A stretch of DNA of 63,862 bases, counting the filler, from Platydemus manokwari (Eukaryota): assembly GCA_037951405.1 (NCBI GenBank). It is 5 parts of 5 records of this genome, joined end to end, with 100 filler letters (N's around TTAATTAATTAA, not from the genome) between each part and the next. Parts side by side here need not be neighbours in the genome. Positions count along the whole stretch, not along the records: positions 42,255 to 63,862 come from JBBMOY011333649.1; 4 more parts are not named here. The stretch is one strand, 5' to 3'. The notes under the pieces were generated by a model. It had not been told where the DNA came from, did no database searches, and saw nothing but the letters and a program-made list of their open reading frames with translations. A program made the translations under genes and the position numbers. This document shows, one piece after another, positions 53,101 through 63,862 of this stretch; the first letter of the stretch is position 1; the number at the start of each line of letters is the position of its first letter.

Positions 53101-56100
53101 GGATTCATTATATATTTGCTATGTTGACTTATTTTTGGTTAATTAATTGGATTTTGCGAATTGATATTGTATTTACGTTTCATTTTTTTAATTTTATCAC
53201 GAAAATCTAAAATCGAACAATATCTTGAGTCAGACTTAAAATCACTTAGCAACAAAATTCCTAATATGCATATCAAACAATATCAATACGTAATTTTAAG
53301 CTTTTCGAACATTTTAATATTTAAAAATAAAATTAAAAATTAACGAACTTAAAAATTTTAAAAATTTTGAAAAATATATATTATAATGTTGTTTATCTCA
53401 AATGATGATGAAAACAATTTATTAATATTTATATAATACATTATGAATTTTTGAGGTCGAACATTCACGATTTGTTAGGTTTGTTGAGTACATTATATAA
53501 ACAGGTAAAATAACCACAGAATTCATGGGTCAATACACAGAGATTCGACAACGCACGTGTCAACAGCCAATCAAATGCTTTCCATATTTAAATTCAAATT
53601 ATCAATTGGCTCACACCAAAAACAAGTAACAAACATCAAAATGGGCAATGGTATGAGAAATGCAAGAAAATTTGATAATAAACCAATGTAAATGTTGAGT
53701 AAAGCATAGAAACATCAAACAAACACCGATGATAAGTCTATAAACGGAGTTTGATCTCGCAAGTATTCGCTTGGTAACCCATATCTGTCGTGGGTTTTAT
53801 GTGATTTTCTAGAAAATAGTGATTATGATTGTTATCTTTGTCGCTGTCTAACTTTTAGGTGCTGATCCTATTTGTATTTATTATTACATTGTCAATTCTG
53901 TGTGTGATTTTGGGCCCTGATTATTTGATAATTTAGTTTTCTGTAAAATATTGTGATTCTTAATTATAATTTTGACATTCAGCCTTACAAAATATTAGCA
54001 GTATGTTTGAATGGCCACAAGGTAGAACCTTAAATTAGATTGGAAATGGTTCACTAAAAAGGGTTGATCCCGGATCAAAAGGCATTGAACTTCAAGTACC
54101 TGATAGAAATGATAATTGCAACAAGGATTCCGTTGTTCGATCAGCTTCTTATGAAGTTCGATTGAATTTAGGTCAAGTCCGAAATTCCATGACACTGTAT
54201 TGACATAGTTGGTAAGATCATATAACAATTTAATCACCACTTCCTGTGTTGACTGAATATTGACTGACATTTATGAATCCAAAGATTCTAGATCAGTATT
54301 TTCTAGAACACTAATTAAAGGACATACTTTTCAAATACTCAAATTTTACTGTAAAGCTTTTTTATTGATTTGTGGTATGGTTTTTTGCTTCGTAATTATC
54401 AAATTTTATTTTAATCTATTTGGAAAGTCATTTAATTACCGACTGTTAGCCGCTACTAATTTAAAAACCACACATTAAAAACGAACTGAAAAGTAAAGGC
54501 AGCACAAATCTATTTAAATACAAAAAAACAAATAAATTCAATTTTATATAAATGTGAATTTATATAAAATCAGACTTTAATTAGAATTAAAATTTGAATT
54601 CATGTAAAATTCAATTCATTAAAAATATCTCACACCGACAATAAGTATCTTCATTTATATTGAATTTCCTGGTTATAAATATGTAGGAAATTTACACGGA
54701 AGGCATTTTTTGATCAAAATAAACACTCTGTCAGTTTTCACATATTTTTCAGTAAGTTAAAATCCATACAAATACGGTTACATAAATGGCTTGCCTTAAA
54801 TGATGTAAAAGTTCAGTTGTTTGTGCTAGTTCTTTGTAAAATTGTTTATATAATTTGTATTTATTTTTTCGAATTAATTGGTGTACTGTATTCGTTTTTT
54901 TAGCATATATTTTTTTATCTAAAACCATTTTTGCAGTTTAAATTTCGATTTATAAATCACCAATATTTTCATATCAAACCAATGATTAAAAATCTAAAGT
55001 CATAAATCCAATTTGCAATAAGATAAATAAATTCCAATCCAAGTTTTGCCTGAAATTTCCTTTTTCCCAAACGGAACTGGAAATTATTTTAGATAATTTA
55101 TACATGTCAACAAAATGTAAATCCCAGCTTTATTATTTGAATTCGTTTTTCCAATTAACATTTCTTTTTTGATTTATGACAATCATCTGAAAAATATCTG
55201 TTATATGAAGTCGAGATAGAAAAGCTTTATTTTGACTTGGAATTACAGCACTTCTTAACTCATACATTTGAATTTAATTCGTAAAGTTCTACAGTGTCTC
55301 GATTTTATGGGCTCTTGATGATTATGTTTTTAAATATTTATACCATTTCACTCCGATTTAAATTCTTATATTTTAATACATTTATTTAAAACAACGTAAA
55401 TTGTATTAATATTTTTAGACACTTTGGTGCTTGGTATATTTAGACGAGAAACCATATATACACAATATTTTAATTATGATTAATTATATTAATTTTTTAA
55501 ATAAAATCATCATTATTAATATTAATAAAGTTGTTATATTAATGAGATGCAATTATCAATAAAAATCTATTTTGGGGTTTCTTATGGCTTGTTGAAAATT
55601 TTAGTTACTATATAATAATCCCATATTTTTGATTAATCGCAGGCTTATTTTTCTTCAATAAGAGAATAGTTATTCTAAAAAATTCTTTTCAGTACTATAT
55701 GCATCCATGTCGAATGGCCAAAATAAGATTGTTTATTATATTTCCGAAACCTCAAAAAGTAATAATAATAATTATTATTTTTCTATTATTTTCTAACAAA
55801 TTTACGAGAATCTTGGAAAGTCAGTAGAGTACCTCATACTTTGTCGTTGATGTAAGAGCAGTTTTATTTCAAAGTAATAAATTTTAATGTTCCTGATTAT
55901 TAAGAGTCACACTATTTTATGGAAAAATCAATGAAAAATAGTTAGCTTTGATTTTTTTATGACATTTTTAGCAGAAATCTCTTGTCTCATTCATGGTAAT
56001 ATGGTCATTAAAACATTGATTGTATTGAAATATAACCGATGTAATATGATCTGTAGTGTGCAATTAAAAAGCTCTTCCAACCAACTGTTATATTTTTCAT

Positions 56101-56325
56101 GAAATATTTTTCTATAATAGATAACTAAATGCTAACATTGAGAATTTATTGAAATTATCAAATGAAAAAAAGTTAAAATTACAAAATATAAAATACTATT
56201 TAATGTAATTTCTAAATTATTAGAATATGAAGTCAAAATTAAATTAGTAAAATAATTATAAACAATATCAATTGGATTTCCAAAAATTTCAGTGATTAAA
56301 GTAATAGTAAAATTTAGATAATATA

Positions 56326-57110
56326 GTTAAGTGGTCAAAATATTAAAAATTAAATAAATAAACTACCTTTCACTGAAAATTTGTCCTATTTTGGCCTTCA
56401 GTCGGTCTCACCAGTACCAGAGATATATAGGACTTATTGATCTCTCGGAGCCTTCAACAACGATGGCTGCAATGATGATGGGGGTTGTTATATGATACAG
56501 ATAGTGTCCTATTTCGGTATTCCATGGGTCTCACCCGATACTGATAAAGGTAAAAGAAATCTAGAAAAGAACCGCCGGTTATATACTAATTTCAAGACAA
56601 AATCATCAAATAATCCAAAACCCAGAATTACTATATCGTGCCTAAAAATCCACGCAATCCCCGACTGTTAATAAATTTTGACGCATTCTTGCCGTCAGGA
56701 CAAATCCCATTGGAGTACAGAAACTTAAAGAAATTCAACTCATAATGGATTACAGATTGAGGCTCGACTATGATGAATTATCGCGGTTCACTTAGATAAT
56801 TAATTAAAAATAATGATTAAGTCACAATGAAATATAATCAATTGTGATTATTATTATAAAGTACATAACATAAACTAGAATGAATAGTTGAAAATTTCTG
56901 TTTAAATTCAATAAATAGTAAGTAGATTGGAAATATTTCATTTTACATTTTGTTTTCAGGTTTTAGGATGTCAAAGTGCGAATGCACTAGGCTATCCATG
57001 GTAAATAGATTTAGTGTTTTAAATTTATTGTTATATTCAAATAAATATTATTATTTCATTTAGTTTAAATTCAGTACCCATTTAGTTACAAACAGCCCAT
57101 ATAACAATAT
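56326..57110. repeat. Diverged ~800-bp duplicated segment, copy 2
   Basis: Colinear with 31655-32500 in the same orientation. Confidence 0.8.
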
Positions 57111-59349
57111 CATAACAACAAAAGCTTTATCGAAAGGAAAGAACACTTTCAAATATTGATATTAACGACAAATGAAAGGAAAAATGCAACAAAAATGCAT
57201 GCGAAAATGTTGGTTCTATTCTTAATTTCATTTGATGTAGCTACATTGAGAAATTGTTTACACTTAATTGCCAACAAGAATACTTCATTAAAATTAAAAG
57301 ATAAAATATTGCTGCTCATTTAATAATGGACAATTTCTAAGAAAAATGATGATTATGAAGATTACAAAATCCAATCTTTCAAACATATAAACATTTGGTC
57401 TCCATGAATAACCCTTGTAAGTTGAAAGATTCGATTTTACTAAAATAATATATAAGGAATGGGTAGGATAAATTCCCCCAAAATCATTATTTTATTTAAC
57501 CAAGTAACATGGATTGGAAAAATACGTTTTAAAAATATTGCCAGAAAATAAAAAATGAAAAGAATATATTAGATTTTAATTTAAAATTATTATTATTTCT
57601 GTTATAATTGTAAGTGATTATTATTTTATAAAACGAACTGAAAAGCCACGGCACCAAATTATCTATATAAATACAATATTATAAACAAATTAATATAATT
57701 TTATATAAAATTTGAATCAAATCTTTAAAAATTTAATTCATATAAAAATTCTCAAAATTAATATTATTACTACTAAACGCTAATTGTATAACATTACATT
57801 TATTAAAACCCACACGTTATATTTTATTATCATGAGTTAAGCATAAAAAAATAGTCGATTTCTTAAATCATTAATCTATGAAACGAAATACAGATCTTTC
57901 AAAGATTAGTTATAGTTATTTGATACTGGAAAAAATTGAATTGAGATAATTCATGAAAATACGTATATAAGTCAGTTTTTCAGAGAGTTTTCATTTAAAT
58001 AAATCAACATAATTCGTTTTATTAGATATTTTTCATTTTTATTTACACTTATAATCTCAATTTCATTTATATTAATAGATCTTTATATAAATAGTATTTC
58101 TATTATTTAAATTTCTATAATTATATCAAACGATTGTTTTGTTTGATTGTTTATTTAACCGTCATTGAAATTAATTGATTACCGTGAATGAAAACAACTC
58201 TGTTGTTTCATAAATTGGCGAATGATAGATCATTATTTATAGTTTATTTGATCACGTACTACTAAAACATAGATATTTGTAACAAAATAGTTTGTAGCTT
58301 ATACATATCAGATGTATAACACAATAAATTTGATATCTTTTAATTTATAAACGGGGTTATTATTTGGGGATTTTTTGTAAAATATTTCATTAGATTATCA
58401 TTTGATTTGTGTATTTGAACTAAATTATATGTATTCAGTTACAAATGGCACAATATTCCAGAGCTTCTAACATCAACATGATATAAATTCGATAATTTTC
58501 AGGATTTAATTTGAGATCATTTAAAATGAACACGAGCTGTTTTCCGTATTTTTTTAAACAATATTGCAATATGATAATTTTGTATTATTTTTATTGTCAA
58601 TGCTGCTAAAGTGCAAAATCAAAAATAATTGACAATACGCAACTATCAGTCGACAATCAATTTCAAATTAAATTTATTTGACGAAAACAAGGCTTGTTTG
58701 ATAATGTCGATTGGAAGAATACAAAAAAAAGAATAGAAATCAAAAATAAAATAAAATAAAAAGAAAACAACAGAATTTAAAAATATGACACACACAAGTG
58801 ATATAAAAATCGTAATTACACATAAACATAAAAACTCTATGAACTAGTTACGTCACTGTAATGTACGATTTATATAAGTCATGAGAAATTTAAATAAATC
58901 AAGAGAAAAAGTAAAGTTCAAGCTATGGTATAAAACAAGTTAGTAGTCTCTAATGTATCAGTTAACAAGCAGACTAGTAAAAAACTAACAAGAAATACAA
59001 AGTGAATCCATCGAAATTAATATTTGGTGAAGGAGAATAAATCTGATAAATAAAAGATATTGCAAATTCATAGACAAAATTTCAGAATTGGAAATCGTAA
59101 TATTAATTGGATCTATTTAATGGCCATCAAATCATTTGGTAGAATGTCATGAAGTTATATCTTGAATATAACTCACAATTGCTGCAATATCGACAGGTAA
59201 TGCTTTTATAAAAACCTTTGTTCAAAACAACCTTTTTACATTATAATATTTGTGTGAATAGTAAATCAAATTCATTGATACCATATTCGAATATCCATTA
59301 CTTAAAAATTAGATTCAAATCCTTAGTGCTCAATAAAATCCACAAAAAC

Positions 59350-60230
59350 AACAATACATTCTAAGTTCGTTCATATTGTTAGCTATTGATTAATATTGAC
59401 CTATTAATATTAAATTAATTATTTTAGAAATAGAATAGTATCACAGCTGAACCTTAATCTCCCAAATCAGTAAAAAAACCCATTTCATGAAACTTTCGAC
59501 ACTTCAATCATGAATCTTTATGATGAATTTCTAATATCATCTCTCATACATTTAAATTCCTAATCTTAACAAATCAACTAAAATCCTTTTAAGACAACCT
59601 GATTGATTCCCTAAGGATCTCTTGAATAAACATATTGAAGGTAATTTATTAAAAACCAGAATATACTGGAAAGATAATTTGGTCAATATGTTTAGTAGCC
59701 TAAAAAGACAATCAATCTTAAAGTTGATATTAAGGAAATTATCCACAAAGGTAGAGGTAATTTCAAAGCGTGGTAAAATCATTTTACCATAATTAAATTT
59801 CGAAAGAAACTTAGATAAATTTTTCTGCTTAAGTAATATCTATAGTTATATTTTATGTGAAATAAAATATCTGAATAAATTGTCAGCATCATAGAAGGTG
59901 AAGAATATTTTTTATTTAAAATAGATGCTTTTTAGTTTTTTTAAAATTTAGGCAAATATTTGTTTTATTGTAGAAATCGGAGTCTTTACATAAAAGCAAC
60001 TTGCCAGAGTACGGGTTGAAGTGAGGTCTTGTGAAGGTTTGGTTATTTATATATTGAAGTGCTCCATTCATATTGATAAGCCCTGCTAGATTTGGTAACT
60101 ACCCTTACTGATCAATAGAAATTGTGATAGAATGGGGATTTTAATTCAACAAAACGGGTGTTTACTTAATAATATAGGCACATAGATTAACCAATTCCAG
60201 TTCGAGAAAATTAGAAACATAAATGAAACA
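59350..60230 (-). mobile_element. Penelope-like reverse transcriptase relic
   Basis: Minus-strand fragments 'YQI*QGLS', 'TLAS', 'FYDADNLF' (YVDD region), 'NFLNI' (FLD) and 'LP..LFKRSLGNQ..CLKRI' (PLE thumb) occur in the expected order. Confidence 0.5.
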
Positions 60231-63200
60231 TAATTATCAAATGAGAATCGAATATGCATGTCGCTCACATTTATGTCACATCTGAATATGGGTGAAGCAA
60301 CTATCATGACTTTTCCACTGTTAAACCAGCAAAGGTTATTTTAAAAATATTAATTAGTAAATTGGTTTGGTTTGATTTATCAATAATAATTCCGTCATAA
60401 TCTTTAGATTTTGATTTAGAATTGTTTAAAGAGTTTCTTCTGGTCCAACCAATGAATGAATCGATTCTATTGAGATGCATCTATTTTACGTTTGTACCGT
60501 ATTTGAATCTGTTATTTTATTTTAACATAAGAGACACACTGAAAATAAATGTACAACCGAAAGGTTTGAGATTATTTTAATATAAATACTTAGAATTTGA
60601 TTAGAAAATTAAGTTGTGACTTCAAGAGATACCTAAGTAATGGTTAAGACTCTGACGACAGACATTTTTCATCTTTGATAAAACCTCGATAGTCATAACC
60701 AATCCAAAATTCTTTAAAGGAAATCAACAAAAAAATTATTTTATTATTAGTAGTACTACATTTACTATCTCTGTTATTAATATTAAAAATTAATTAATTT
60801 TACGTAAAATAAATGTCTATTTGAAAATATTTTTAAAATATTTGCTTTTATTTTTAATTCGCCAATTATTAAAAACGCGTTCCTACAATTTCAATTGTTA
60901 GTCAAAAGCGAAATATTCTTTGAATTAGTACATATAATTATAATTTTTCTTTGTTCTTGTCGCAGTTTGCTGACAATCAATGAATTCAGTTTTCACCGCT
61001 GAATAAATATTTTTCAATTGGAAATTGTATAATAATTCAAAAAATATTAATCAAGTTCAATAATTATTGGAAATCTATTAAAACTAATTTATTTATATAT
61101 ATCGAGAATATTATTGTAATTTTATCTCCTCCTAAAAGATTTTAATAAAGCAATGTTGTGAAAATAATTAAAGAACAACTATGCAAAACAGATCCAACAG
61201 AATAACGATTTACATAAATTAATATGAGACGAAATAATTTAATCAAGTAATTAAGAAGTAATTAAGAACCAAAGAAACAATATGTTGTTTATAAAATTAT
61301 AACTGAATATATAATGAAAACATGTTTTATTGAGACTAATTCACGACATATGCTATATCTAATTGTGAAATTAAAATTTAATTATAATAATTGTTTATGT
61401 TTCAATAATAATTTCTTTCCAACATCATATGTTCTCAATTACAAGTTCCACAATTACCAGAAAAATAATAATAAACAAATAATATAAAAGACAAAAAATA
61501 AACAGCAATTTTCTCGTTTCCATGACAACATACAAAGATATCGTGGAAACCAATTCAAAAGCCAATCAGACGTAAGAATTACGCAAGCTACACCAAAATT
61601 GAGTATAAAAGGAAGAATAAGAATTAGAAACACGCAGATAATGTTGGCATTACAAACTGAAAATTCTTGGTAAGGATCTCGCACCAAGAGTTATTTTTAT
61701 TTATCATTTGTAATAATATCTAAATTAAATGGTAATAATGTCTCAGAGGGGATCATTATTGCATAAAATTCCATCGTCAAAGTTATCAAAGAACATTTGA
61801 CTTCCTTCAAAATTTCATACTTCTACTAACCTTTTTTCACGAAAGTTTGGTGGCAATAGTTCCCAACACTAATTTTTATATCTCCTTCAGAGCATAACAG
61901 AAATAACAATCTAAAATGATCAAAACTTATAATCTCTTACTTTATCTCAGTGTCAAATGTTACTAATTTTGTTAAAGATGTGTGTGTAGAATGTTAGCTA
62001 AACTCAAATTGTAATATACACAACCTACGCTTCGGCACTGTGACTAGTCAGATATTGGTGGAATTATCTTACTATGTATCTACCTCATAGCTCAAAGATA
62101 TTGATTAAATCACTAAATTCCATCCATATTTTATAATTGCTAAGTGATTAAAAGCGTAATTGAAAAATTTAATTGTTCAATAAATTAAACTTAACTAAAA
62201 ATAACTTGAATCTGGTATTCGAAATTTTTTTACTAAAAAAAATCGACAGGACGATAAATTCATAGACAATGAATCAGAAATCGTTTAAAATTCTACCAAA
62301 TTCGATTTATTCCAAAGATTAATTCTAAGAAACCAGGTTGATTTTGTCAACCATTTCATTAAAATGAGAATTAAAATATTCTAAAAATTCAATTAAATTT
62401 GATATGCAAATCCGTCTATGGTTACACATAATAATTGTAGAGCGTACGTATGTACAGTCTTCATCTATCTGAAATTATAATATAATAAAATTAACTAGAT
62501 TTATTCCATATCGTTTACTGTTTTGATTAATTTCAAATGATGATTTTTTACACTTTTTATGGCCTAGAAAGCTGAAAGTTTAATTATACCATAAAGAATA
62601 CTGCATGTTCTCGATTTGTAAACATATTAAGATTATAAATGTTTCATTCAATAACACTTCGTTGAGTAAACACTTATTTTGACACATAAAGTATGTGCAT
62701 CCCTACATTGCCGTAGAAGCATAGCAACCAGACAATCAAAGAGGATTTAAATGGAAGATTTAAATTCGAAAAAGGACATAACTACAAAGCAGTACATATA
62801 TGTGGATTGACCAATCCCGATCACATAAAATCAATAAATACAATTGCAACTTGAGAAACAGGAGATCAAATCAAAACATGATACACAAATTATAATCAAA
62901 TCTCAAGTATAATTACTGATGTAAATATGTTTAACTGCTAGTTGGAAGTCAAGTATTATGACGTTCTTTGTATTGGATTTATGGAGTACTTTGTTTAATT
63001 TTGGAGTCATATATGTACGTACTGGCTAGTACGATTGAGTAAAATATAAATTGCAACCTTCAATTCTTTTGGACCTAATGATCTTAATTAATATTGGTTA
63101 TTTAATTAATATAAATTAGTTTTGTTCAAAAGAAGATAGTACCAACTTAAGGAAGGCCCCCCGTGAACAAGTGAATGAAATCGCATTTTTGACTATTTGA

Positions 63201-63862
63201 GATTTTAAACCGTATCCTCACTTTTACCAATATATTTATCAATGTCATTCGAAATTAACTTATCAGAAACCTATTATCAGAAACTTATAAACTTCAATAT
63301 GCCATCTCAGTTTCCGACAATCAATAATAAAAAAGTCTCAATCAATTTTTCAGAAGTCTTTGATCTTATTGATGGGATCGAAACCACTCAAATTCCACGG
63401 GGCCTACTTCTGTACCAGCCTCACCACAGACTAAGGATAATAGTAAATTTTTCTGTTTAAATATTTATTATAAAAAATATATTTATATAATTATATAGAA
63501 AATTCAATAGGACATAGCCCTTTATAATTGTCAATAATAATAATATTAAAAGGAAGATATAGTTCAGATAATTTATTACAAAATCAATATAGCCGTTAAA
63601 TCTACACTACAAATACAAGAAATTCGACAAACTACACAGCTGCATAAGTTAAAAATGAAATTACTGCAAAGTAAATCATGGTTTCTTAATGGTCTTCTGT
63701 TGAAATACCATGGTATTTCGACAAGTGTTGAAATTCTTTGAATACCAATTTTATAAATGTTCTTAATCGCAAATAAGCAATATTTATGCAATTATTTATA
63801 TTTAATAACAACAATCATAGGGATAACATAGTTTGACAAGAGTTTCACAAGACAGCAATAAT

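Noticed and set aside
421-63791. Most remaining 60-90-aa ORFs in the supplied track
   Set aside because: Many have non-ATG starts, low-complexity I/F/L/K/N composition expected from AT-rich DNA, or overlap repeats. No domain or splice support.

Overview
This is very AT-rich eukaryotic DNA. The 46-59 nt introns, base composition and repeat content suggest a planarian-type flatworm (inference). The window is five contigs joined by artificial 100-nt linkers (44N-TTAATTAATTAA-44N). Host genes: (1) an intronless VPS9-domain Rab GEF of the VPS9D1 type (3214-4743, +), head-to-head with an unidentified spliced exon; (2) a spliced minus-strand band-4.1/FERM gene of the FRMD3/5 type that the ORF track does not assemble, with five intact 5' exons at 18891-15965 and apparently decayed C-lobe exons near 9.5-9.8 kb; (3) a compact single-exon neuropeptide prohormone gene (51273-51479, -) predicted to release SRTGGFYF-amide, with a clear CCAAT/TATA/Inr promoter. 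The rest is mostly decayed mobile DNA. This includes two Maverick/Polinton (adintovirus-like) relics carrying major capsid, probable penton and PLA2 sequences, and LINE, Penelope-like (one with a decayed hammerhead-like motif), Ty3/Gypsy and DIRS-like relics. Probable hAT, piggyBac and MULE transposase relics, an intact hAT MITE with an 8-bp TSD, a non-autonomous Helitron, a solo Mos1-like mariner TIR and an abundant ~330-bp tandem/dispersed repeat are also present. All family assignments come from motifs recognised by eye, not from database searches.
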